Shown: positions 29,263-37,797 of the stretch, in pieces
How the letters are laid out: every line of letters begins with the position of its first letter
How positions within the stretch are numbered: the stretch's first letter is position 1
NCBI GenBank assembly: GCA_051955985.1
Contig: JBQCGD010000039.1
Location: forward strand, 1,137 to 65,136
DNA length: 64,000 nt
DNA from: Phycisphaerae bacterium
Lineage (GTDB): Bacteria > Planctomycetota > Phycisphaerae > WQYP01
Reading direction: 5' to 3'
The notes under the pieces: model-generated
The model's input: only the letters and a program-made list of their open reading frames with translations
Databases searched by the model: none
Told to the model about the DNA's origin: nothing
Program-made: the position numbers and the translations under genes

Positions 29263-31773
29263 TTAGTCGGCGAGGATTTCGTGGGAGGGGCCGGTGGCTT
29301 GGATTTGGCGTTTGCCGTTTTGCCAGTTGACGTTGACGTGGAGGGGGCCCTGGTGGGTTTGGAAGTGGCCTTTGAGGTGGTTGAGCGGGGGGCAGTGGAG
29401 GGGGCGGAGGCGGAGGCGGTTGTCTTCGAGGGAGGGGGGTGCGATGCCGAGGGCGTGGCGGGCGAGGAAGTAGAGGGGCCAGGCGGACCAGGCGTGGCAT
29501 TCGGAGCGTGCGGGTTCGAAGGATTCGGGCCAGGTGGTGGAGCCGCGGGAGAGTGCGGTGCGGAAGGGGGCGAGGAGGGGCCAGAGGAGGTCGCCCATGC
29601 GGAGTTTGGCGAGGGCTTCGGCGACGTAGAAGAGGAAGTAGAGGGAGGCGGGGGCGATGAAGCGGGATTCGTGGGATTGGGGGGATTCTTTTTCTCCGCC
29701 CCCCCCCCAGGGGACGGTTTCGTTTGGCCAGAGGACGTTGGCGGGGTCGAGGGCGGTGGTGAGTGCGCGGCGGGCGTCGGAGGGGGAGAGGAGGTCGGCG
29801 AGGATGGCGAGGGCCTGGGCATGCTGGGAGTAGATGCCGGGCTTGCCGCGATGTTGGGCGATGGGGATGTCGGCGAGGAGGCCTTTGCGGGGGTCGAAGA
29901 AGGTATCGAAGATGCGTTGTTTGAGAGCGGCGGCGCGGGAGTTGTAGAAGTTGCCGGAGCCGGGCTTGGCGCGGTCGTAGATGCGGGTGGCGGATTGGAG
30001 AGCGAGGAGGTAGAGGAGGTTGATGTTGGCGGAGGTGCCGGTGTAGGGGGGGATTTTGCCGGGGGCGGAGGGGGCGTCGGGGGCGTGAGGGGGGATGCCG
30101 TTGTGCCAGCCGTTGACCCAGTCGAGGAAGGGCCAGTAGGGGATGTAGCCGATGAGGCCGGTGTCGGTGTCGGTGAACTGGGTGAACCAGTTGAGGATGG
30201 GTGCGATGCCGGGGCGGAGTTCGGCGACGAGTGCATCGTCGCCGGCGTGTTCGAGGTAGTCTTCGAGCATGAGGATGTAGATCAGGGAGAAGGTGGGGAT
30301 GATCTGGGGGGAGCTGCTGGGGTAGCGGGATTGGGTTAAGCCTTCGGGGAGGCGGGAGCGGTCGAAGGCGCGGAGGGCCTGGACGGGGAGGGTGAGGTCG
30401 CCGCCCCCCCCCGTGGTGAGGTAGGTAAGGAGGCATTGGATGCGGGCGTCGCCGATGTATTGGAGCTGCTCGTAGTAGGGGCAGTCCATGTAGGTTTCCC
30501 AGGTGCAGTTTTTGAGGGTTCGCCAGGAGGTGTCGATTATTTTTTGCAGAGTGGCGGAAAGAGACTGGGGGGCGGCGGGGCCTGGGGACTGGGGGCTGGG
30601 GTCTGTGGGAGGGGCGTTGGGGAGGAGTTCGAGGGAGAAGTCGGGGGTGAGGGGGTAATTGGTGGCGAGGAGTTCGAGGGTGGCGAGTTCGCCGCCGTGG
30701 GGTCCGGCGTGGAGGGTGAGTTCGAGGAAGCGGAAGGAGCGCCAGTGGGGGGCGTCGAAGGTGAAATCGGTGGGCCCCCCTGCCGGGGTGGGGTCGAGGA
30801 GGAATTCGTCGGTGAGGGGGAGGAGGGTGGTGTTGGGGGTGTCGAGGGAGAAGGATTTTTTTGGCGGGGTGGATTGGGTGAGGAGGACTTCGCTGGCGGT
30901 GATTTTGCAGTGCGTGCCGGCGCCTTTGAGGTGGAGGCGGTAGTAGGCGTTGACGTGTTCGCCCATGTCGAGGCGGAGGGTGGCGGATTCATTTGGCGCG
31001 AGGTGGAGGTGGTGGGTGTCGGTATCTTTCCAGGTGTTGTTTTCGAGACGGAGGGTGTGGCGGGGGAAAACGGGGCGTTCTTCGGGGAAGGTGATTTCGC
31101 GCTGGGTGAGCCAAGGGCGGGCGTTGGGGCCGGCGGGGGCGGCGGGGTCGGCTTTGAAGTAGGGTGGGTCGAAGAGGGCGGGGGATTGCCAGCGGGGGTC
31201 GGTGGGGGATTTGGATTTTCGCCAGTCGGGGGGATAGAGGGCGCTGCGGTGGCGTTCGGGGAGGCCGATGGCGAAGAAGGCGGCGGTTTGGGGGAGGGGG
31301 AGGAATTCGGGGGCGCCGGCGGGGAAGGCTTGCCAGGAGTTGTCGGTGCCGGCGGTGGCGAGGAGGCGGTCGGATTCGTCGAGGAAGCGGATGATGGCGA
31401 GGAGGCCGGGGGTTGGGCCGGGGATTTCGGCGGTGGGGGCTTCGGGGGGGGCGGGGAGGTAGCGGACCTGGGCCCAGAGGTGGAGGGGTTTTGCGGGGCC
31501 GTCGGATTCGAGCTCGTAGGGGTCGAGGGAGCGGTGGAGGGGGTCGGTGCGGGCGGGGCCGCGGCCGAGGGGTTCGCGTTCGTCGTTGAGCCAGAGGGTG
31601 TAGCGGCCTTCGGCGGAGAGGTGGAGCTGGATGCGGCGCGTGCCTGGGGGTGGGAGGAGTTCGGCGTGGAAGAGGGCGAGCTGGTTGCGCGGGGTTGGGG
31701 CGGGGAAGCGGGGCCAGATCCAGCGGGCGGGGGTGTCTTTGAGGGGGAGGAACCAGTGGGGGGTGATGGGCAT
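29263..31773 (-). CDS. alpha-L-rhamnosidase-like glycoside hydrolase (GH78, six-hairpin)
   Basis: ...CTWETYMDCPYYEQLQYIGDARIQ... and C-terminal catalytic-domain-like region. 836 aa. Confidence 0.7.
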   Translation of the reverse strand: MPITPHWFLPLKDTPARWIWPRFPAPTPRNQLALFHAELLPPPGTRRIQLHLSAEGRYTLWLNDEREPLGRGPARTDPLHRSLDPYELESDGPAKPLHLWAQVRYLPAPPEAPTAEIPGPTPGLLAIIRFLDESDRLLATAGTDNSWQAFPAGAPEFLPLPQTAAFFAIGLPERHRSALYPPDWRKSKSPTDPRWQSPALFDPPYFKADPAAPAGPNARPWLTQREITFPEERPVFPRHTLRLENNTWKDTDTHHLHLAPNESATLRLDMGEHVNAYYRLHLKGAGTHCKITASEVLLTQSTPPKKSFSLDTPNTTLLPLTDEFLLDPTPAGGPTDFTFDAPHWRSFRFLELTLHAGPHGGELATLELLATNYPLTPDFSLELLPNAPPTDPSPQSPGPAAPQSLSATLQKIIDTSWRTLKNCTWETYMDCPYYEQLQYIGDARIQCLLTYLTTGGGGDLTLPVQALRAFDRSRLPEGLTQSRYPSSSPQIIPTFSLIYILMLEDYLEHAGDDALVAELRPGIAPILNWFTQFTDTDTGLIGYIPYWPFLDWVNGWHNGIPPHAPDAPSAPGKIPPYTGTSANINLLYLLALQSATRIYDRAKPGSGNFYNSRAAALKQRIFDTFFDPRKGLLADIPIAQHRGKPGIYSQHAQALAILADLLSPSDARRALTTALDPANVLWPNETVPWGGGGEKESPQSHESRFIAPASLYFLFYVAEALAKLRMGDLLWPLLAPFRTALSRGSTTWPESFEPARSECHAWSAWPLYFLARHALGIAPPSLEDNRLRLRPLHCPPLNHLKGHFQTHQGPLHVNVNWQNGKRQIQATGPSHEILAD

Positions 31774-31916
31774 GGGGGCTCCGCGTGCGAGATGGGGAGA
31801 TGGTATCGGCGGAACACGGAGAAATCCTGCGCGGCTTCAACTATTTGCAATGGCTACGAAAGCCCGAGCGATCTGCGCACGAGATGTCGAACGGAGGGGC
31901 GGCGGCGTAATCGGCC

Positions 31917-32255
31917 TCAGCCCTGTCGACCCATTCTCGCATTGCGGGCTTCATGAAGGGTGATTCCTTTGGCTTTCACTTCGCCGAGGAATGGGTCGCC
32001 TTGATGCACGCGGCGACGGAACTCTGTGGGGGTGCGGACGAGGAGGTCGAGAGGGAAGGACCTGGGAAGTGCGAGGCGGATTCTGGCGGCGGCCCGGGCG
32101 CTGGAGCCGCGGTGGGGCATGATGACCATCAGGTCGACATCGGAGTCGGCATGGGGTCGGCCGTAGGCGTAGGAGCCAAAGAGGATCACCGCGGTCGGTT
32201 TGAACCGGGTGACGACTTGATCGGCAAAGGCCTGAATGTCAGCGCGTGAGACCAT
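31917..32255 (-). CDS. minimal nucleotidyltransferase (MNT, type VII TA antitoxin-like), no intact HEPN partner adjacent
   Basis: GSYAYGRPHADSDVDL motif (GS...DxD). Downstream 140 bp has only degenerate short frames. Confidence 0.7.
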   Translation of the reverse strand: MVSRADIQAFADQVVTRFKPTAVILFGSYAYGRPHADSDVDLMVIMPHRGSSARAAARIRLALPRSFPLDLLVRTPTEFRRRVHQGDPFLGEVKAKGITLHEARNARMGRQG

Positions 32256-32358
32256 GATTGGATTTTACATGGCGATGGACGGGAGAAGAAGGTCGCTTTT
32301 TTGAGGGCGCCTCGCTCCGCATCGGCGGTAACGGCCGCCTGAAGGCGGAACTACGTAC

Positions 32359-33879
32359 TTAGCGGGCGAGGGTCATTTGCGGGTGGGCGGGGGGCAGGGG
32401 TTTGTTGTTGAGGTTGCTGCTGATGAGGAATGAGGGGGCGAAGAAGAAGGCGATGACGCCGAGGGTGCAGAGGACGGCGGTGAGGCGGATGGGGAGAGCG
32501 CGGCGGACGGCGAAGGGGTAGAGGGGTTCGCGGAGGTACATGGCGGCGATGATTTTGAGGTAGTAGCCGGCGGCGATGGCGGCGTTGAGGACGACGATGA
32601 TGGCGAGGCCGGTGTGGTGGGAGTTGAGGGCGGCCTGGACGATGTAGAGTTTGGCGAGGAAGCCGATGGTGAGGGGCATGCCGATGAGGGAGAAGAGGCA
32701 GAGGGAGAGGGTGAGTGCGGCGGCGGGATATTCGCGGGCGATGCCGGCGAGGTCGTCGAGGTCTTCGGCGCTGTCGGCCTTGCCCTGGAGGGAGATGAGA
32801 ACGGCGAAGGCGCCCATGTTCATGAGGGCGTAGCTGGTGAGGTAGAAGAGGGTGGAATCGACGCCGTCCATGCCGTTGGGGGTGAGTGCGCCGGGTCCGG
32901 CGACGAGGCCGACGAGCATGTAGCCGGAGTGGGCGATGGAGGAGTAGGCGAGCATGCGTTTGATGTTGCGTTGGAGGAGGGCGAGGACGTTGCCGACGGT
33001 CATGGTGAGGATGGCGATGACGCTCATGACGGCGAGGAGTGTGGAGCCGGGGGTGACGACGTGGGGGACGAGGTTCCAGTTGAAGTCGATGAGGGTGAGG
33101 GTGGAGATGATGGCGACCATGCCGGCGGTTTTGGGGGCGAAGGCGAGGTAGGCGGTGACGGGGGTGGCGGCGCCCTGGTAGACGTCGGGGGTGTAGAAGT
33201 GGAGGGGGACGGCGGCGATTTTGTAGCAGACGCCGAGGATGACCATGAGGAGGCCGATCAGGGCGAGGGGGGTGACGGGGTGGGAGAGGAAGTAGGCGTG
33301 GATATCGGCGAAGCGTGTGACGCCGGTGGCGCCGTAGAGGTAGGAGAAGCCGAAGAGGAAGATGGCGGCGGCGAGTGCACCGAGGAAGAAGTATTTAACG
33401 CCGGCTTCCTGGGCGATGATCTGGGAGCGGCTGGTGGCGACGAGGATGTAGGTGGGGATGGAGACGAGTTCGAGGGCGAGGAACATCCAGAGGAGGTCGT
33501 TGACCTTGCCCATCATGGCGACGCCGGCGATGGAGAAGAGGAGCATGCCGAAGTATTCGCCGCGGTAGTTGATGTCGGGCCTGGAGGGTTCATTCTGGGA
33601 GGGCATGTTCCAGGAGGCGAGGACGGAGAAGAAGCCGATGAGGCAGGCGAGCATGGTGATGTAGTTGGGGGAGAAGTAGAGTGCGTGGGGGAAGGCGTTG
33701 CGGGGGTAGGCCATGCCGGAGGTCCAGGCGACGGCGAGAGCGACGAGGCAGGCGATGGCGGCGAGGACCTGGGTGGACTTGCGGACGGCATCGCGCGAGG
33801 AGAGGCCGAGGAGGGTGGCGGCGCAGGCGGCGACGATGAGGATGATCTCGGGGAGGAGGTATTGGACGGCGATTTCCAT
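32359..33879 (-). CDS. nuoN: NADH-quinone oxidoreductase subunit N
   Basis: 14-TM antiporter-like subunit. ...LELVSIPTYILV...KYFFLGALAAAIFLFG... aligns to NuoN rather than NuoM/L by length (506 aa) and N-terminus. Confidence 0.8.
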   Translation of the reverse strand: MEIAVQYLLPEIILIVAACAATLLGLSSRDAVRKSTQVLAAIACLVALAVAWTSGMAYPRNAFPHALYFSPNYITMLACLIGFFSVLASWNMPSQNEPSRPDINYRGEYFGMLLFSIAGVAMMGKVNDLLWMFLALELVSIPTYILVATSRSQIIAQEAGVKYFFLGALAAAIFLFGFSYLYGATGVTRFADIHAYFLSHPVTPLALIGLLMVILGVCYKIAAVPLHFYTPDVYQGAATPVTAYLAFAPKTAGMVAIISTLTLIDFNWNLVPHVVTPGSTLLAVMSVIAILTMTVGNVLALLQRNIKRMLAYSSIAHSGYMLVGLVAGPGALTPNGMDGVDSTLFYLTSYALMNMGAFAVLISLQGKADSAEDLDDLAGIAREYPAAALTLSLCLFSLIGMPLTIGFLAKLYIVQAALNSHHTGLAIIVVLNAAIAAGYYLKIIAAMYLREPLYPFAVRRALPIRLTAVLCTLGVIAFFFAPSFLISSNLNNKPLPPAHPQMTLAR

Positions 33880-33895
33880 TCGGGGGTCCTGGAAG

Positions 33896-33932
33896 AGTGG
33901 TCAGTGGTCAGTGGTCAGTGGCCAGTCAGTCC
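33896..33932. repeat. heptanucleotide microsatellite (AGTGGTC)x3 + AGTGGCC + AGTCAGTCC
   Basis: Lies exactly in the 59-nt nuoL-stop / nuoN-start spacer. Confidence 0.6.
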
Positions 33933-33938
33933 TTTTGG

Positions 33939-36137
33939 TCAGGGGCGGAGGAGGTACATGACGAGGAGGACGATGGCGGCGACGCCGGCGATCATGCCGA
34001 CGGCGTAGCGTTGGAGGACGCCGCGTTGCGTGGGTTTGAGGGAGTAGCCGACGACCTGGGGGACGAAGGAGATGAAGAAGACGACGCCGTCGATGATGTA
34101 CTTATCGAACATGGCGAAGATGAGGGCGAGGATCCAGATGGGTTTGAGGATGAGGGCGTTGTAGAGTTCGTCGAAGTACCACTTGTTGGAGAGGAAGGTG
34201 ACGAGGGGGCGGAGGCGGGAGGCGACGGTGTCGGCGGCGCGGCGGTTGGCGAGGTAGAAGTAGTAAGCGAGGGCGATGCCGGTGATGGGGAGGATGAAGC
34301 CGAGGGCGAGGAGGAGGCCTTCGCTGACGCGTTCGACGGGTTCGCTGCTCTCGATGCCGGTGTTTTCGGAGACGTGGGCGGCGGCGGTGGCGACGGTGTT
34401 GCCGACATGCTCGGCGACCTGGGCGGCGGGCGCGATGGCTTTGTTCAGGAAGGGGTGCAGCCAGTCGCCGGTCCTGGGCCAGCCGAGGTAGCCGGCGCCG
34501 ATGGCGCCGATGCAGAGGACGAGGAGGGGGAGCCACATGACGGGGGGTCCGTCGTCGGGTCCGTGGGCGTCTTCATCGTGGCCGTGGGAAGCGGTTTTGG
34601 CGACGCCGACCATGTTTTCGCCGTGGGAGGCTTCTTCGTGTCCCTGCTTGGCGTGGATGGTGTCGACGCCTTCGTGGGGAACCTGGGGGCCGACGTCGAG
34701 GAGGAAGGGGGATTCTTCATGGTGGCCGGCGGTGGCGGGGAGCTGGAGGGGGCCGAAGAAGACTTTGAAGTAAGCACGGAAGGTGTAGAAAGCGGTCATG
34801 AGGGCGACGAGGAGGGCAACGAGGCCGAGGGCGAAGCCGGGGCCGTGGGTGGAGTTGATCGCACTGGAGATGATTTCGTCCTTGGAGAAGAAGCCGGAGA
34901 AGCCGGGGAAGCCGGAGAGTGCGAGGCAGCCGATGAGCGTGGTGACGGCGGTGATGGGCATGACCTTGCGGATGCCGGACATTTTGCGGATGTCGAGTTC
35001 GCCGCCCATGGCGTGCATGACCGAGCCTGCGGAGAGGAAGAGGAGGGCTTTGAAGAAGGCGTGGGTGAAGACGTGGAAGACGGCGGAGGTGGCGGCGGAG
35101 ACGCCGAGGCCGAGGAACATGTAACCGAGCTGGGAGAGGGTGGAGTAGGCCCAGATGCGTTTGAGGTCATAGGTGCAGAGGGCGATGGAGGCGGCCATGA
35201 AGGCGGTGAAGCAGCCGACGCAGGCGACGATGTCGAGGGCGGTGAAGTGGAAGGTGTTGCCGAAGAGGGTCCATTGGAAGAAGTTGTCGGGGCCCATGGT
35301 GAAAAGGGGCATGGTGCGGGCGATGAGGTAGATGCCGGCGGTGACCATGGTGGCGGCGTGGATGAGTGCGGAGACGGGGGTGGGGCCTTCCATGGCGTCG
35401 GGAAGCCAGACGTGGAGGGGGAACTGGGCAGACTTGCCGAAGGCGCCGAGCATGAGGCAGAGGGGGATGTAGCGGAGGACGGGCATGAGGTTGCTCATGC
35501 GCTGGGTGTCATGGAGCTGGGCGAAGATGGCGGAGAATTCGAGGGTGCCGAAGTATTTGTAGATGAGGAAGATGCCGATGAGGAGGCCGAAGTCGCCGAC
35601 GCGGTTGGTGATGAAGGCTTTTTTGGCGGCGGCGACGGCGGAGGGGCGGGGGTAGTAGTAGCCGATGAGGAGGTAGGAGGCGAGGCCGACGCCTTCCCAT
35701 CCGATGAAGAGGACGAGGAGGTTGTTTCCCATGACGAGGGTGGTCATGAAGAAGACGAAGATGGAGAGGAAGGCGAAGAAGCGGAAGTAACCGTAGTCGC
35801 CCTTCATGTAGCCGACGGCGTAGATGAAGATGAGGAGGCCGATGCCGGTGACGAAAGTGAGGTAGAGGGCGGTGAGCTGGTCGATGGTGTAGGCGGCGTT
35901 GATATGGAAGTTGCCGGCGGTGAACCAGTCGAAGAGGGAGACGTTGCGGATGGGATCGGCGCCGGTGGAGAGGCCGATGAGGAGGGAGAGCGCGAGGATG
36001 AAGGAGAAGATCATGGCGAGGATGGCGGGGACGTGGGCGTAGGGCTTGATTTTGTAGCCGACGAGGCCGATGAGGGCGCAGGCGATGAGGGGGGCGAGGG
36101 GGATGAGCCAGGCGTTGTGGGCGGCGTATTGGAACAC
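33939..36137 (-). CDS. nuoL: NADH-quinone oxidoreductase subunit L (long form, 732 aa)
   Basis: MFQYAAHNAWLIPLAPL... antiporter-like TM core plus long C-terminal amphipathic region. Confidence 0.9.
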   Translation of the reverse strand: MFQYAAHNAWLIPLAPLIACALIGLVGYKIKPYAHVPAILAMIFSFILALSLLIGLSTGADPIRNVSLFDWFTAGNFHINAAYTIDQLTALYLTFVTGIGLLIFIYAVGYMKGDYGYFRFFAFLSIFVFFMTTLVMGNNLLVLFIGWEGVGLASYLLIGYYYPRPSAVAAAKKAFITNRVGDFGLLIGIFLIYKYFGTLEFSAIFAQLHDTQRMSNLMPVLRYIPLCLMLGAFGKSAQFPLHVWLPDAMEGPTPVSALIHAATMVTAGIYLIARTMPLFTMGPDNFFQWTLFGNTFHFTALDIVACVGCFTAFMAASIALCTYDLKRIWAYSTLSQLGYMFLGLGVSAATSAVFHVFTHAFFKALLFLSAGSVMHAMGGELDIRKMSGIRKVMPITAVTTLIGCLALSGFPGFSGFFSKDEIISSAINSTHGPGFALGLVALLVALMTAFYTFRAYFKVFFGPLQLPATAGHHEESPFLLDVGPQVPHEGVDTIHAKQGHEEASHGENMVGVAKTASHGHDEDAHGPDDGPPVMWLPLLVLCIGAIGAGYLGWPRTGDWLHPFLNKAIAPAAQVAEHVGNTVATAAAHVSENTGIESSEPVERVSEGLLLALGFILPITGIALAYYFYLANRRAADTVASRLRPLVTFLSNKWYFDELYNALILKPIWILALIFAMFDKYIIDGVVFFISFVPQVVGYSLKPTQRGVLQRYAVGMIAGVAAIVLLVMYLLRP

Positions 36138-36152
36138 GAAGGACTCCGTGGG

Positions 36153-36254
36153 GTTTGTTAAATGGTTAAATGGTTAAGTAGTTAAGTAGGGTGGGCATAT
36201 CAGATTTTTCTCGCATAACGTACTTAACCATTTAACCACTTAACTACTTAACCG
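36153..36254. repeat. AT-rich inverted arrays of GGTTAA(A/G)T octamer repeats (imperfect ~35-bp arms, 31-bp spacer)
   Basis: Left ggtttgttaaatggttaaatggttaagtagttaagtag, right tacttaaccatttaaccacttaactacttaacc. Located between nuoL start and nuoK stop. Same octamer as 57798..57820. Confidence 0.6.
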
Positions 36255-36258
36255 TCTG

Positions 36259-36567
36259 TTAGCCTTGCATTTCTGACCATTCGTCCGCGTTCAGCGTCGC
36301 ACGCTTCCGGAATAACAGCACGACCAACCCAAGCGCCAGCGACGCTTCGGCGGCGGCGATGGTGAGCATGAAGATGACGAAGGACTGGCCGGAGGGGTTC
36401 ATGTGGTAGCGGGAGAAGGCGATGAGGTTGATGCCGACGCCCTGGAACATGAGTTCGGTGCAGAGGAACATGATGATCATGTTGCGGCGGGCGAGGAAGC
36501 CGACGAGGCCGATGACGAAGAGGATCGCGCCCAGGGCGAGGTAGTGATAGAGTTCGATCTGGCTCAT
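36259..36567 (-). CDS. nuoK: NADH-quinone oxidoreductase subunit K
   Basis: MSQIELYHYLALGAILFVIGLVGFLARRN...FMLTIAAAEASLALGLVVL (102 aa). GGAGG RBS. The track ORF 36259..37113 is an over-extended frame containing it. Confidence 0.85.
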   Translation of the reverse strand: MSQIELYHYLALGAILFVIGLVGFLARRNMIIMFLCTELMFQGVGINLIAFSRYHMNPSGQSFVIFMLTIAAAEASLALGLVVLLFRKRATLNADEWSEMQG

Positions 36568-36595
36568 GAGGCCTCCGGGGCGGTTGGGGGGGGGG

Positions 36596-37444
36596 CTACT
36601 CGGCGGGGATCTGGCCGGTGCCGAGGATATCGATGGCCTGGTTCTTGCGGGCGATGACGACGGCGCCGACGAGGGCGATGGTGAGGAGGACGCCGGCGAG
36701 TTCGAGGGAGAGGGCGTAGTGGGAATAAAGGTCAGCGCCGAGGACCTGGACGTTCGAGGGGGTGACGGGTTCGGGGGCGGCGGTGGCGGCGGGAAGGGTG
36801 GTGGGCGGGATGGAGAGGTCTTCGCCGTGGGGACCGACGCCGAGGCTGGCTGCCATGAGGGGATCGGGGTGGCGGGAGGCCTCGGCGATGGTGCGGCCGT
36901 TGGTGGGGAGGAGGACCTGGAGGACGGTGCCGAGGAGGACGAAGGAGACGAGGACGCTGGCGAAGGGTTCGGCGGCGTGGCGGTCGTAGATGGGGGGTGC
37001 TTCGCCGGAGCCCTGGCTGGCGAGCATGATGACGAAGACGTAGGTGACGAGGATGGCGCCGGCGTAGATGATGATGAGGACGATGGCCATAAACTCAGCC
37101 AGGAGCAGGACAAAGATGCCGGCGCCGGCGAGGGTCACGAGGACGAAATAGAGGGCGGCGTAGACAGGTTTGGGCTGGCAGACGACGCCGACGGAGCCGG
37201 CGATCATGATGGCGGCGAAGAGGTAGAAGTAGACGGGGGGCGTGCCGGTGGTGGTGGTGCCGAGGGCGCCGCCGGCGGTGGTAAGGCCGGTGGTGGCGAT
37301 GTGGACCATATAGAGGAAGAAGCCGGCAAGTGCCATCACGGAGAGGAGCACGCCGAGGCGGGCGATTGGCGCGCGTTCGCGCGGCATCATGAGGTAAAGA
37401 CCTATCGCGCCGAGGGCGGTGGCTGCCAGGAGGGCATAATCCAT
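36596..37444 (-). CDS. nuoJ: NADH-quinone oxidoreductase subunit J (with insertions)
   Basis: Start MDYALLAATALGAIGLYLM. Core ...LLLAEFMAIVLIIIYAGAILVTYVFVIMLA... matches the NuoJ signature. Upstream 108 codons of the track ORF are unsupported. Confidence 0.75.
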   Translation of the reverse strand: MDYALLAATALGAIGLYLMMPRERAPIARLGVLLSVMALAGFFLYMVHIATTGLTTAGGALGTTTTGTPPVYFYLFAAIMIAGSVGVVCQPKPVYAALYFVLVTLAGAGIFVLLLAEFMAIVLIIIYAGAILVTYVFVIMLASQGSGEAPPIYDRHAAEPFASVLVSFVLLGTVLQVLLPTNGRTIAEASRHPDPLMAASLGVGPHGEDLSIPPTTLPAATAAPEPVTPSNVQVLGADLYSHYALSLELAGVLLTIALVGAVVIARKNQAIDILGTGQIPAE

Positions 37445-37797
37445 AGGAGGGCGTGTCCTTGCACAGTTGCCAGCCGGTTGATGCCGGCTCCCAAACGACG
37501 GCTTCCCGGGGCCTGGTCCGGGGTGCAGGAGCACGGCGGGCGCATGCGAAGTAGGGAAACCTCCGTCGGGGATGGAGGAAGCGCGAATTATCGTGCAAAA
37601 CGTCACAAATGCAAGGGAGGGGACCGCCTCGCAGGCTCCCTCTTTATGGATTGGGGGGTCGGCCCGGTGGGCGGGTAGGTTTGTACCCGAGCGGGTATTA
37701 GGGGGGAGGTGCTCTACCCCTGCGGGGAGAAATCGTTTATCCTTTTCGCCTTCATTCCCGGTTGTCAAAGATTTGAATGCTAAAGGATGGAAACGGT

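Noticed and set aside
28691-31956. Very long Pro/Arg-rich or Gly-rich ORFs (28691..30436 -, 29217..30236 -, 30436..31956 +, 30537..31850 -)
   Set aside because: Alternative frames or antisense of the methyltransferase and GH78 genes. Pure P/R/G/A/T composition reflects the frame, not a protein.
33897-36161. 754-aa + strand ORF (GEDG-rich) and other + ORFs across 32614..37678
   Set aside because: Antisense to nuoN/nuoL/nuoK/nuoJ, which have unmistakable membrane-subunit sequences.
36259-37113. 284-aa minus-strand ORF
   Set aside because: Over-extension in the nuoK frame. Only the last 102 codons (36259..36567) are nuoK; the upstream part overlaps nuoJ's C-terminus in another frame.
37445-37797. 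Possible intrinsic terminator or riboswitch in the 350-bp nuoJ-kdgK divergent spacer (short GC hairpins such as cccctgcgggg, gggagg...ctccctc + ttt)
   Set aside because: Stems are short (4-6 bp) with no convincing U-tract in the right orientation, and no match to a known riboswitch by eye. Left as an unannotated leader.
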